55,848 bases of DNA, filler included, from Sphacelaria rigidula (GCA_964200075.2; 5 parts of 5 records of this genome joined end to end with filler, not necessarily neighbours in it); one strand, 5' to 3'; numbered from the whole stretch's first letter, positions 36,556 through 50,281 are shown. Translations and numbers: made by a program. The notes: generated by a model from the sequence alone, not told the origin.

Positions 36556-39500
36556 CTTCGCCAGCGGGATAGGAGGCAAACGCTGACAGATGCTGCTGGT
36601 ACCGGCGGCGACGGCGCTAGCGGTTCGCTCCGTGGGTGGGGGGGTTGCCTTGACCGGCGCGTCCTCGCCAGACCTTAGACCAGCGGCTTGCGGTCCGACG
36701 TGGGACGGACACAGTGAACCGTTGCCAGGTGCTAGTGCGCTTCCTCCCTTCTGTTTGTTGGATTCTTCTGTTCCTGGCTCCGTCGACCTTACTTCAAGCT
36801 GTCTCGCCTTCGCCAGCGTTTGCTCCAATATTCGAAGCTTTTTCCTCTTCCTTTTCTTACGTCTCAACTCCCGCCGCATGTTATTCTGCAGCTCTTCGGC
36901 CTCCCGAACGCCCTCGGGCGATGGGTAATCCGCCAAAGCGTATCCCTGTGGCGGGGGGGAAGAATCAGAAAGATTACAAACACTCCCAGACGACATAATA
37001 GAAGCATCACGGATGTCTTCATCGTCGCCCCCGACCATCTTCAAGCATCGTTCCTCAGCTTGCCACATCGCCACGCTGAGACCACGACCGCAAGTGCCAC
37101 GTGCGTTATCCTTCTTGCCATTTCCGCCATCTTCACCCAGATGGCTCCAAACAGATTGTTCAGATTGACCCGGTCCCTCGGCATTCTGCCTTACACCAAC
37201 TTGCGGACCACTTGGTCCCTGCTGGGATATTGCAACTGGCTCACTCGGCCCTCGGTTCCCTTGACCGGGACCACCCCAGCCCTGGAAATTTTGTCGTGGT
37301 CCCATCGGCGCATGAAACCCTGGGCCTTGCTGTCGATGGGCCACGGGATGCTGCTGCGGGGGTAAGGGCCCCCGGGGACGTATCGGGATTCCAGATCCTC
37401 CACCAGGGGGTCCCCTTGGGGGTAAGGGCCCCTGGGGACGTATTGGAATTCCGGGTCCACCACCTGGGGATCCCCTTGGTGGCAAGTGTCCCCGGGGAGG
37501 TATGAGGAGTCCAGGTCCACCGCCTGGGGGTCCCCTTGGGGGTAAGGGTCCCTGGGGACGTACCGGAATTCCAGATCCACCGCCTGGGGGTCCCCTTGGG
37601 AGTAAGGGTCCCTGGGGGCGTACCGGAATTCCGGCCCCACTACCTGGGGGTCCCCTTGGGGGTAAGGGTCCCTGGGGACGTCCCGGAATTCCGGATCCAC
37701 CACCTGGGGGTCCCCTTGGGGGTAAGGGTCCCTGGGGACGTACCGGAATTCCGGATCCACCACCTGGGGGTCCCCTTGGGGGTAAGGGTCCCTGATGAGG
37801 TATCGGAATCCTAGATGCACCACCTGGGGGTCCCCTTGCCATCATATTTTCAGATCCAGCGCGTGGGGCTCCCAGCACCACCAGCCCTCGAGGTCCAGCA
37901 GGCCCAGCAGGCCCGGCCGGCCCGACAGGCCCGGCGCCAGGTGCCCCGAAATACCTCTTGTTATGCATGGCTTGAGCGTACGCAGATCTTCGCTGCTGCC
38001 CATTCGACCACACGTCAGGACCGTGACCTGTCGGCGGCGCCGGGGTCGCGGTGTGTTCCACGCCTCTAGGGGGATGGAAACCCTGTGAATGCTGCATGTG
38101 CGTTTGATGTTGTTGCTGCTGCCAGCAGTGAAAGGCTCCGTCGCCACCACCACGGCTGCCACCGCCGCCCATAGCAGAGGCATCATGGAACCCATTAGCA
38201 TTCGCAGCAATCTGCTTTCCATCCCACGAGCCTTGACCTTGCTGCCGTGCGTGAGGAGGAATATGTCCCGTCTCACGATGACCAAAATCGGGGCGCAAGT
38301 GTCCGGGACCATGGGCTGACCCATGGTGCTGCGGCTGCTGAGGGTGCTGCGGCTGCTGAGGGTGCTGCGGTTGCTGCGGGTGCTGCGGGCGCTGAGGGTG
38401 CTGCGGGCGCTGAGGGTGCTGGGGCTGCTGAGGGTGCTGGGGCTGTTGAGGATGCTGCGGTTGCCAATGCTGCATTGAACTGTGGTCGCGAGGGGAAGAA
38501 TTATGAGGTCCTGGGGGCGCCCCCCGAGGTGCGTCGGGGGGTGGCGGTTGGCGGAGTGGAAGACGCACGTGAAGGTCATCAGGGTCTTGAACGCGCGGCT
38601 GATTGTCTCTGCCTCCAAGCGTCACCCGCTCAATGGACACAGCGAGAGGGCCTTCGAGGCCCGTATTTTTCCACGGCGCTGCCCCTTCGCTAACGATGCC
38701 TGAGCGCAGAACATCATTTCTGTGGCCACCATCTTCAGGTGCAGCATCCGACGAAGGTTGCACAACTCCACCGAAACTACTGCCGCCACCGCCGCCACCA
38801 AGTTCGCGACGTGTGTCGCTCCCACCATGATTGCGGTCTGACCGCGCCAAAATGTCGTCTTCACCAGGCACAACGACGTCATGGGTAAATGGTTCCGCCG
38901 GCGGGGAGACGAGTGGTACGGTCAACTCTGCTCCAGAACGGGGGACTGAGAGTGGTGTACGTCGGTGAGGATCATGCGAGGTCGGTCCTGTTGCGGCGCT
39001 TGGCGACTCCGACCCTGAGTCCCGTCCTCCAGGTGGTTCCGTTGGATGTAACTGCTCGAAAGCTTCATCAAACGTTTTGTCGTCACATCGAGGAGAGCGC
39101 TCACCATGTGGCGGATGAGGAACACTCTGGTGGTCCTCATGTAGAACGCGTTGCTGCTGCTGCTGCTGCTGCTGTTGCTGCTGTGGTGGTGGGAAGTCTT
39201 CAGTATGGGGAGGTGCTCCCCCCGCAGGTTCTGTGGTTCGACTCCGGTCCATCTCCGTGGCTAAGCCTTCACCACCGCCATCTTTCTCCAGCGGACGTGC
39301 CGGCGGGTGATGATCACTCGAAATCAGATTCGGTTGGTTGCCTGGTGAGGCCCCACCACCATCATGACTCGGGCAACCCGGTCGCTGGTTGTCGGTTGGG
39401 TCACTGTTATCTTCCTTGCTGGGATGAGCAGCACCCGCGACTGCTTTTAGTCGCCGCCAGTCTACCTCCAGTGCTAACCCTGGGCCGCCACCAAACTTTT

Positions 39501-40283
39501 CCAGAGGATCTTCTGGATCCAGATTTTGGTTCAGTTGGTTGCCGGTTGGGACCCCGTCACCATCATGACTCGAGCGACTAGGACGCTGGTTGCTGATTGG
39601 GTCACTAATATCATCGTGGCTCGGATGAGCAGCACCCGAGGCCGCCTTAAGCCGCCGCCAGTCTGTATCCAGTGCCAACCCTTCGCCGCCCCCATACTTT
39701 TCCAGCGGATCTTCTGCAGGCCGGTCATAACTGGGCTTGAGGCTTCGATTCGGTTCGTTGTCTGCCCGTTCTCTGCTGTCATCACGACTCGGGCGAGTCA
39801 GAGACGATCCCACTTCTTGCGGATGCCAGTCAACGTTTGGCGCTAAGCCTTTGCCACCGCCGAAATTTTCACACGCAGCTGACGGGGGGTTTGGCTTGTG
39901 TCGATCTGTTTTCGGAGCGCCGCGATCATCGTGCCTCGGGGGAAGCGGAGCTGGTTCCCTCTTTCGGTGCTCCAGAAGCTCGAGCTCGTCGGGGTCTTCC
40001 GACATTACCGGGGGCGGTGGACGTTTACGAGGGATAACGAAATCTTGCGCAGGCGGCAGCGGTTTGCTTTTGCGAGGGATTTTGTGTTCCTCCGCCGGCG
40101 ATGGATTACTTTTGCGGGGGATCGTGTAGTCGTCCGCCCGTTGCTGCTTGCTTTTACGGGGGATGACATAGTCGTCAGGCGACGGTTGCTTGTTGTGGCG
40201 AGGGATGGGGTATTCATCTATAGGACGTTTTTTGCGATGGATCACCCCTGGCGGCGTCAGCTGTTGGTGCCGATTGTTCCAGC
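36556..40283 (-). CDS. ~3.7-kb exon encoding a disordered Pro/Gly/Gln-rich region with several repeat modules and a basic NLS-like stretch (RRKKRKRKK)
   Basis: 1264-codon open frame; acceptor tattcag|GC at 40283 is in phase with the upstream exon. The 3' donor is uncertain (AAG|gtggcg at 36556 fits phase 0). Confidence 0.8.
37359..37838 (-). repeat. Coding 60-bp minisatellite, 8 copies
   Basis: Encodes (RGPPGGGSGIPVRPQGPLPP)x8. Confidence 0.95.
38327..38463 (-). repeat. Coding 18-bp repeat (HPQQPQ)n
   Basis: About 7 copies of HPQQPQ/HPQRPQ. Confidence 0.9.
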
Positions 40284-42166
40284 CTGAATATTCCGGTACA
40301 CGCGGATAAAGGCATGGAACGAATTGAGAGGGAATGGATCATCGTGGTACAATTACAGGTGTGAGAAACGGAATGCACATACTGCACTGTCTTGCAGCGT
40401 TTTCTCGTATTTTGTGGGGTCAATGGCCTGTAACGAACACAACAGTGATCAACTACATCGCCACGACTGCAGTGAAAAACGCTGCGGGATACGGTCACAG
40501 TGTAATCAAGTCTAACAGCGGAGCCGACAAAGCGTTGTCCGTGCCCCCACGTTTGAAAATACCAAATTGCCACACGATGCGCGACAGTAGCAACGCTCGG
40601 GTTGAGCATGCCCACCCTCACGCAGTTGCTACAACACATATTTTACCATTTTTTACAGGGGTGGGCGTCAGACCACCTCTTATGGGAACGAAAAAGTTTG
40701 TCACTTTCGTTTGGATTTCTCATTTTTGCCCCGTTATGGAGTTAACTTTTCTCACAAAGAAAGTTCCGCCTTTTTCGTTGGAGCAATAAACTTGCTTATA
40801 ACGTCGGGAAGTACAGTAACTTTCCTTTGTCGATAACGTTGAACGAAATTTTCCCCCCCTCCCCCCCCCCTATATTTTGATTGCGCCGCGGTGAAATCAT
40901 AGCTCAATCAGTGCTGCCTCCATCAACGGTATGATTTTGGCAACGCCGTATTTGAGCTGTCGAAAAAGCCACGAGCGTCTGCGTGGGAATATGTTTTGTG
41001 CGCGATATGAAACGAAGGCAGTGCTGCCACAACAAACAATATGGTACATAAATTATAGTACGTTTGGAACCCCAGTCTTCTGCCCAACTGTGTGCCACCT
41101 GTAGTGATGCCGGCACCGGCCTGGATTGCCGTAGTTCGCGAATTAGTGGATGGTGAATTCCAGCTAAAACAAGCCTCAGGTGTGTAACCGAGCAGGGACG
41201 AAGCTCGGAGCTTTCATGACTGCGTATACGCTGCATCTCTGTGCGTATCATTATACCGCCCAGGCACTACGTGGGACCCAGACCGCCACTGCATGCGTTC
41301 TTTCACGTACCCTTCTTTACTTTTTACATGCAATCTGTCGCTGTAATCTACCACTCGATACACAGTTGGAATGTGGCAAGATTGCACACATATTAGTAGC
41401 TGCTGGACGTGGCCCTTTCCAGCAACGCTCGCCTTGATCAAGGGGTGGGCTTCGTTGAGTAGCTATCGAGCTTTTCATCACCACCATACGTGTTCTCCAG
41501 TGCAGGGATGTTTCTCTTGGGGCACACACAGGTCCTCCGGTCAAAAGCTGCTCCGGCTATCAATGCCTTTCAATGCTGCTGCGATCTCCTGAGGTTATGA
41601 GCACCTTTTTTTCTCAATTTCTAACTCCTCATCTTCCTCGGGACGAGTTTATGGTCTCAAGGGATCAACCCATCCGCCCGTCAGTAAAATGTTGGCCTCA
41701 AACGACGACTGCTAGTAGGTGTTGCTTGCAGGTGAAACGGCCTCGGGCGTGGGTGATCGCTTTAGAAGATTGCAGAATGGAGAATGGCGAGAATGTACTA
41801 ACAACAACATCTGGTGTTGATTCCTTTCGAACATCCATCACCAGTTTGTTCCCGTCAGTGTGTGCAATGGAGTCGGAGTCATTGAGGACTTACTTTTACA
41901 GATTCTTCATACATGAATGCCCGTATATTGCTAATCGCACGCTTAATTGATTTCGTCGACTCCGCCATCTTGTTTTCTAGGGGGTGGTAGCTACGGTGAC
42001 ATTGTTACCGACGAAAGTCTGAAGGAAATCATCCGCTTTGGGAAGTCATCGATGAGAGCATCATTGACACAGGTCTCGACCTCAGAGGTGTGATCCTACC
42101 AAAGATGAGAATCACAACGTACCTCAGCACTTGGCACATTTCTAGATTCCGCCACTTTCCACGTAC

Positions 42167-42617
42167 CTGGTTGTTGGTCATCGACGTCGTAGCGGGAAGA
42201 TGAAGAAGACGAGGATCTCTCCCTCCAGTGAGACGGCGAGCGTTCCCTGGCAACGCCGCGATGCTGCTTCGAGATTGCTGGACCCGAGCTGTGAGATGCC
42301 GGAGGAGTACCGTGAGGCTGAGGGCCATCATGCCAGCGGCCACGGCCGCGGCCACAAACAGCTTCTCTCCCTTGGGGCAGCAACGGTGGATCCAGTAACG
42401 CATCCGCCTTATCGAGGTGGTGTGACGATGGCCGGGGGCCAAAGCCATGGTCAGTTATACTACCCTCGTCGTTGTGATGTTGCTGTACGGTGGAATCATG
42501 AGGATGATTAGGTGCTGAGTTCAGTGCAGAGTTAGCTGAGGCACTTCGGGCTGTCTGCGCCAGCCACTCTGACCAAGCATCTTCGTCGTTAGGAGGGGGA
42601 ACGGCCAAAGGGTCCAT
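42167..42617 (-). CDS. First identifiable coding exon of the large low-complexity gene
   Basis: ATG at 42617 (MDPLAVPPPNDEDAWSEWLAQ...); donor CCAG|gtacgt; 451 nt is phase 1 and joins 40283 to form GGC. Confidence 0.65.
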
Positions 42618-44659
42618 ATGTACTTCTGGTCGCTGCCACCGTATCGATTGTGAACAAGTATACTCGTAGGTCTCCCGTCCAGAGTTTCGGCCTGAAGTCG
42701 TGTAAGACAGAGCTGGAGTGCGACAATACTGTACTGATTGTGCTGCTGACACAAGCACTGCAGTTTGATCACCCAGGCATCCAGTACGGGGATCAAGATT
42801 TGCAAGGATATTCTCGTGTGATGGGCCCCTCGATATCCAAGGCGTTCAGTGCAGCACACCCTCCCTACCTGCGCGTCGTAGTTCAAATTGGAGTATGGGC
42901 AACGGGACACGCGTGGTGTGCTTCGCCACAATTACGGACATGTCCCGTCGGTCAGTCGGGGGGAAAGCACAAGTATTGACACTGCAGGAGCGACGTACAA
43001 TATACAGTGCAGTAGGGTGGTCTAGTCGAAGGAAGACCAGGACAAACATGTTTGGAACCATTTCTCGTCGTTTTCGAAAGCTTGAGGACGAAATTTTGCA
43101 CACGTTTGAGGGATTCTACGGTAGGTGCAAGGGTCTGTCGGTAAAAAAAAATTGGGCACGGAGCCCGCCCCCACTCCCCCCTCCCCCTCCCTCCCTTCCG
43201 GAGGGCGATTTTCCGAAAATTGTCATGAGTTTTCTATTTATTTATGTTGATATTGAAAGAAACTTATCAACACTGACAAAAACCAAAAGTTCAAGCGGGC
43301 TTTGCGAGGTTCGTGTATTAACTTCTGCTCCGCGCTCGCCCTGTCCCGATGACCTCGGATGCCGGCAACGCTCACACACATCCACTTACAATACACGAGC
43401 GCACGGTCGCGACAGCCTGCAGCCAAAGTAGCATCATCATCTCATGCCTCGCCATATTTACTCGTACTAGTTGTAGATGGTCGACGCACACCACACGGGA
43501 CATGATCCCATATATGTAAGCATGGTAGGTGATGAGCGTGGAGGGGCGATGTGTCCGTCATATCAGCAGTCTCCATGCCAAGGATCTCTGCACACGGCAT
43601 CTGATCGCATTCGCCAACCCCTCGGCAATCAAGTACAAAAGGGGACAGCAGGCTGGGTTCCCCCCCCCCCCCTCAAAATCCCGAATTTTCGATCATGGGG
43701 CATACGTGTCCCGAAATATTTTTTTGACAAACCCTTGGTAGGGGTAACTTTTTGATCCGGAAGTTTTTGAGGCTGCACACTAGGGCCCAAATGTTTGTCA
43801 TTCACAGGCTCCGACAGTGCAGAGCCTCAGAAAGAAATGTGCACCCCTACCGTAGAAGACGCTTCTTCACGGAAAGCCCAAGGTAGCCAGTGCTCGGGCT
43901 TCGTTCGTTTCGGGCGAATTGGATCGTTTTTTGCTGTCCCCGGTCGTTTTCTGAGGAAGAGGACCCCGAGAAGCCGGCGAATCGAGTCAAATTATTAGGT
44001 AAGCCCTCAAACTGGCGCCTCCATCTGTCATTTTCTACATGTTTGAAATTTCGTCTCCCAGCTCTTCAGGACGGCGTGAAAAAAAGGAGGTTAGTTTACA
44101 ACTTAGTAGGTACGAGAAGTTTCTCGGAAATTCATTATTTCAAATAACACCAACTCCAACGCAAACTCAACCCTGACCACAACGAAGACATACCGAGAAC
44201 CCTCGGGCAAGATTGCAAAAGCGTGCGGCGCATCCACGATTATTATATAACGCGACGACGGGGGGGGCGACGGGGGACGGACGTGTTTTGATTTTGCGCA
44301 TCCTTCACAACGACACCGACGTCTCTACATCAATGTTTTCGTAAGATTGAGAGTAGAAGATACGGCTGAGAGTGAAGAGCGCTCAATTCGTGAATGATTC
44401 GTTTCAGTTCCGAAATGCCCCTCCACGAGGTCTGACATCCTTTGTGTAGTAGCTCGCCGCTGAGGCCCTTGCTACCCCTGAGTAGGATATCGACGCGTAC
44501 GAGCTGGGCCAGCCTGAAAACGGATTTAAGCTCTAAAAGCAATATCTCATCGACGCAGATGAGTTGGGCCGTGATCCGTACATCGTATTAATCGTCCTAT
44601 CAAAGGGAAGGTGCCCATCTGCTCAAAAGATTGGGCCCATATTTTCTCGTTGATTAAAC

Positions 44660-44759
44660 NNNNNNNNNNNNNNNNNNNNNNNNNNNNNNNNNNNNNNNNN
44701 NNNTTAATTAATTAANNNNNNNNNNNNNNNNNNNNNNNNNNNNNNNNNNNNNNNNNNNN
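44660..44759. other. Artificial contig spacer
   Basis: 44 N + TTAATTAATTAA + 44 N. Confidence 0.98.
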
Positions 44760-45093
44760 ATTTCTGTACCCCTACCGTAGCATCACTCCGCATCCTGCTC
44801 CAAGGGGCACCTGGACACACAGCAGTTGCCGGTGCCTACCTAGTATCATCCTCCAAACCGAAGTCTTGAGTGAGGAGCCCAGCCTTCCGTGCTCATGTAC
44901 AGGATGATCTACATCTACTATCATACTCATTAGAGGTATCTCATAGTCGGCGATCCTGAATCATTGGACAAATAGTCCAGGATGTCCTGGACTACGAGTT
45001 GGATACAACTCAACGGAGATCCCGAAATGACATCGAGGATTCTCCAAATGGATCTTTGGGAAAGATCCCTCCCGGTATATGACGTGAAGGGGC

Positions 45094-48000
45094 TGTTTGA
45101 GTGTTTGTAGCTTCGTGACCCCGTGAGAGGATGGGATACAGACTCGACTCAGATAGTCGATCAATGCACACGACTGCGATAGTCGATCAATGGACACGGC
45201 TGACTGCCGATCAAGATGAGATAGAAATGTATATAAAGCTTTGTTGCTGAAGAGGGAAGGAAGGGGAGTGGGCCCAGTAGGCGACAAAGTCTCAGGATGT
45301 GACAAGCACCACTCACGTATGTCTAGTCGCCAACATCACAATATAAAGTCATCCTGCATAGTACCCGGAACTCAAAACAGGTATGCCACTAGACCATTGT
45401 ACCTTGTCCCGACTTGGTGTATCTTACTGAACACCGCAGGCCATCCTACAAACACCCCCCCCATAGACTGCGCGTGTCAAAAGTAAGGTTCATGGACCAT
45501 ACTTGGTGAACAGAACTACTCACCGGAAAACGAACTCTTCCGCTCACGGCGCATTCAACAGGTGTATCCTCTCAAGAGATGAGTTTCATCAGCAACCGTA
45601 AAACAACCGCAAATCCCGAAACTCGTTACTTCTTTCAACGACTATGGGACCAGCCAAGAACCAAATACATCGGTACATTTCTTTTCACACCAAGACAAAA
45701 ACAGCGATGGATGAGCTGTGTGTTTCACCACCCTGTAGCTCCTGATAGTCAATCCAAGCGAAACGCAAGTCAAATTCTTCAACTGTACTAGCCCATGCCC
45801 CTTACAATAGCGTGGGTGGTCGTACTTAGCATTCGAGTAACCTGCACTACGCACGCGAGATCAAGCTCCTAGGTAACATATATGAACCCACCCAACACAG
45901 GGCAGTTGACAACTTTCGAAACTCGGACCACATATAGCAAAATCCACTTCACAGTTAGTCAGCTGCCTACAGTACAACAATCAAATTTCAAAATTCATAT
46001 TCAGCAATCCATACTACAGTAGTGCCTACGTCATCAAGCCAAACTAGATACTCACGACATCTACTTAACCCCTTATTCCCCCTCGGTGACCGGCGAGCAA
46101 AGCAGCTCAACGCTTCCAGACAAAACACACGATCAGAATCAGCCCCCCCCAATTCTTGCTTTTCAAAGTCTTTCCCCCCCCGCTTCTAGGCCACGGGGAA
46201 GGAGTGCTGCATTCATCATCCTTCCCCCATAGCGGGGAGATTCGCAGCGAGGGACTGTCTTGATCCTGGTCGGTCACCGCCCTCCAAAACCAACCGTCAC
46301 GTCATGCTCGTCTCAGCCTTACAGACAGCACCTGTGTCGGACAAAAATGGTTTTTGGAGGCTCAGCGTCTCACATATCGTGCAGACCCGAGGAGAATGGG
46401 CAGTGGGACAACAGAAAGGAAAAGTATTAATATCCATGTCACTCAGGCGCGTCAATCACCAACCGACGAACATACTTTTACCACGTACCGCACTGTGGTG
46501 TCGCGTTACGGCAGTCGCGAACGCACACCCACATATTATACCCGGATTTAGCACTATTTTTTCAACTCTTCACTTCTCCATCACATACAACACATGGATC
46601 AAACGACAGTTCGGCCGCTACCATCCTGGTTGCATGAAACAGTACACTTTGCCTTTTACATGCCGGGCCAACGTGGGTAGACCTGTATGGAAATCGCCAG
46701 GCCAGCCAACCGAGCAACGACTAGCTCCCATATGGGTGATACAATGCACTCTTCTTTTATCATGCTGTGCACATGAACCGCATCTCGCTCATGACGTCAG
46801 CTCTTTCTATTAGCCATCAAATATGTGTCATATGCGTTTTGCTGACCTGTAGCACAGGAATTTTGTTTGTGCCCACAGTCACTCTTCCGATATTATCATG
46901 ATCAGGCCAAGCTACTAGTATTGCGCTATACTCAGTCCTTGCTCCTACCATAATAACAGTCTCATCAACCAATCCAGTCAAGAAGCCGATGCCTCGCAAA
47001 TCCTACACCTCTCGGAATGATAACAACTTTTTCACTTAGATGTCGAGTTTCGGAACCCACCTCAATTTTTGTGGTCTCAACCATCATTCATCCGCATACC
47101 CCTCTGCGGAACATTTTACCGACATCACCCTCTAGTCTAGTCAGACAGCAGTGCCCTACCTGCCTGTACTTACCAAGGCGACGAACAAGGTTCCACCTCA
47201 ACCGATCGAGTAAGGGTGTGGTGCCCCACAGTCCTACGTTCACCGGGGTGGCAACAATGTTACACATAAGCGTTGAGTTTCGGCAACCATGTCAAAACAT
47301 GTTCTCAGCACTCTTCACGCACTTCACTCTGTGCAATTTTACCGACACCGTTCCACAGTCAAGTCAAGTCGCGGTGCCCCGCTCTCCTCACACTTACAAA
47401 AACGGCAGACGATTTTCTATTCATCAATCGAGTCAAACAAACGCGCAAAGTAGGTCTGCACTCATCGAGACAGAAATTCGTCAAACATCAACACTGAGTT
47501 TCGGTGTCCATATCAAAAACATGATCTCAGCATTGTCCAGAGATATCCAACATCTCGATCCACCGGGGCAACAACCTTTCCTTGGGTACATGAATCGCTA
47601 TCTGCATGACGGTCACGAACACTCAAAACATAAAGACAAAGGGGTATTTGAGTCATGCATAGGTCTCATGCCATCATTTTTCAAAAGGCTTCTGCGTCCG
47701 CTTCCGAACAGACTGAAGAATCGGTACTACCCGACGGCCCTACTGCCATCGCTTTATCTTCGTTTTCTCCTGTATTACAATCCTGATAAGAGTGCTCCTT
47801 CTTTCCGCATCTCATACAATGTCGTTCCGGACAGTCACGCGCGAAGTGTGTTGTTTGCTTCCGGCAAATTCAACATCTCCTCTCCTTCGCAGAAACATTT
47901 TCACGCCCGTCTAGTTTTGAATCCCCCGTACTTCCCGAGGTCCCTTGTAAATTCGTAAATTTATTTTTCGACTTCCCTTGCCACTTCACGGGGGTCCTGG

Positions 48001-48654
48001 CCAGTTTCCTGTGTCAAACGGAAATATTACCCGTCTTTCACGTGAGGCGCTTATGAAAACCGCGGCACTAACTTGCGTCAGGGAATCATCATCACGGAAC
48101 AACGGCCAATTTTTCTCCTTACTGTCAAACTTCTCATCGAATCTTCCATCAACACGAAAATAACTCTTCACGCCTAGATGAGGGTAGTAAGCCGGGGACT
48201 CCTCGTTCATACTTACATGGGCGGATCCATCGCCTGTGGATCCTCGGAGAGGGCCTGATGCAATCCCTACACCGAGTGGTGACCGGACCCTCCCTGTTCC
48301 GGCACCGGCGACGGTGTGCCTTCCGTCGCCCGCCTCCCCCTCCTCGTCCGCTGCCGCTCCGGGGCCAGTGGACGATGTCCCGCGTACTAACTGGGACACC
48401 ATCATTGTCTTCAGCTCCGCCAGCTGCTCGGTGATATCCGTCACCGATCCTTGCAAGCTGGCGACATTCTCTTTCACCTCCAGCATCTCCGTTCGAGACG
48501 GTGTGTCTCCCACGACGGCCGAGTGTCTTTCCGCAGTGCTCCAGTCCGCCATCGGTCCCTTGGCCACAAAGCTCCCAAGTTGGGTAGGGTTTGGCTCTAG
48601 AGTGTTTGAGTGTTTGTAGCTTCATGACCCCGTGAGAGGATGGGGTACAGATTC
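45094..48654 (-). mobile_element. Degenerate gag-bearing, pol-less LTR-like element (LARD-like)
   Basis: ~52-bp direct repeat at 45094-45145 and 48603-48654; coiled-coil gag-like ORF from ATG 48552; tandem zinc knuckles C*ICRKQTTHFARDC and CMRCGKKEHSYQDC at about 47775-47876. Confidence 0.6.
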
Positions 48655-49779
48655 ATGAAAGATACAGCTGAAATTCCCGGATAAACCAGGAGTTTTTCGG
48701 ACTGTTTGTTGGAACCTACGCTTCGGGTTGTGCACACTCATTTAAACCTCCGACGCAGTCACGACATACCGTCTATACAGGCATGGCTCCGCTGCGTTGC
48801 TAACATGGGGGATGAGACAGAAAAAGTCCCCGTGCCTCCTACACCAAGAGGAAGCACGAGAGATTGGCCGCCGTCGATGTCAGCAGTGAATATTACACGA
48901 GTGACACCCGGTCGACCCTGCCTTCACGGCACGAGGGACGGCGACAGTCGAGCCCGCCTCCCATCGCTCTTGTAATAGCGACAAAAAACGTGCAGATACC
49001 GACAGCACCTGAGCCCATTGTTCACATTCGAGCGTATGAGCACAGCTGTACGCGCGGTGCTCAGCGTGGTGCAAAAGTGGGCCTGTAGCTTACCGCAGCG
49101 GCATGTCTGGAGACACAATAGCACCAAACCGACCGCACCACAGCGTCCGCCGTTGAACGCGATAGGCCTTTATAGCCACCTACAAGTCACTGTGCTGTAA
49201 TGTCGGCGTTGGTCTAGAAAACATCAACAGTTGATATTACCTGGTTCGAGCGTCAAACTACGTCATTTTGAATTGAAAATGATGAAACAATGATGCCGAT
49301 TCACATGAAGAGAAAGCAGCACTGGGTCCCAAAAGGGTCTACCGACGACACATACTGCCCGAAGAACCTTGTACACCTCCCTTGCCCGACGGTTATCGGC
49401 ATGCCATTGGTCGGGGTTGGCCCTTAGACCGCGAAGAGGGCAGTCCATCTGGATCGCGCATACTTCTTCAAGTGGAACTTATGCCGACTGAACAGGTCAC
49501 CTACTCGCTTTGTGTAAGGGTTAACCCTTAGACCGCGAGGGCAGTCCATGTGGAACGTGCATAATTTATTCAAATTCAACTAACTGATGCCGATTCAACA
49601 GATGATCTCCTTTCGCTGCCCAAGTGTTGATCCTTTCACCGCGAGGGTATGCGTCACCTCCTGCTGAATTCTAATCACTTTCACTTGAAAAACTACGTAT
49701 GTTCCAGGTGGACTACCCGCATCGAGGTCTAAGGGTTCACAAATGGGATACGGAGCTTTGTAAAATGTATCAAACATTG

Positions 49780-50281
49780 ATACATGATGCAGCCCAGCGC
49801 CGGTGAACCCGTCTCGTTGATACGGTAAGAGAATGCACTGTCAAACCACCAAGTACGGGAGACACATCAAACGATGCACAGACGCGAAGCAGCGGAAAGG
49901 GCGATCGCGACCAGCGTCTGCACAACGCGGTGGAATGCACATCTCGGTCACACTCGTCTACAGTACGTAGGTCTCTTCCTTGTCATCCCTGAAAAAGTTG
50001 CGCTAAGGTAAGTAAAGTGTGTGTGAGTGTGTGTTCATCGCCTGAGAAACATAACATGATCGAATAAAACCCATCGCGGCCAGGGAAAGCCATGTTGTTG
50101 CTTGGGTCCTCATCCACTTGAAGTCGCGCTCGAATATCGCTGCTCTACGTCCCCACATCTCCTCCATGTCGTAAAAGTTGTAGTCTTTCCGCAGCATCAG
50201 TAGCCAGCACAGGACACGATCTCTATCACACATGGTGCCACGGATAGAGCGCCGTAGCTTGTTATCTTCTGGTGTATACAC
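49780..50281 (-). pseudogene. Possible PIF/Harbinger-like transposase remnant
   Basis: DRVLCWLLMLRKDYNFYDMEEMWG...IFERDF resembles the HTH N-terminus of Harbinger transposases; no intact DDE domain recognised. Confidence 0.3.

Noticed and set aside
47017-47958. 313-aa plus-strand ORF
   Set aside because: It has no recognisable motifs and lies antisense to the zinc-knuckle gag region.
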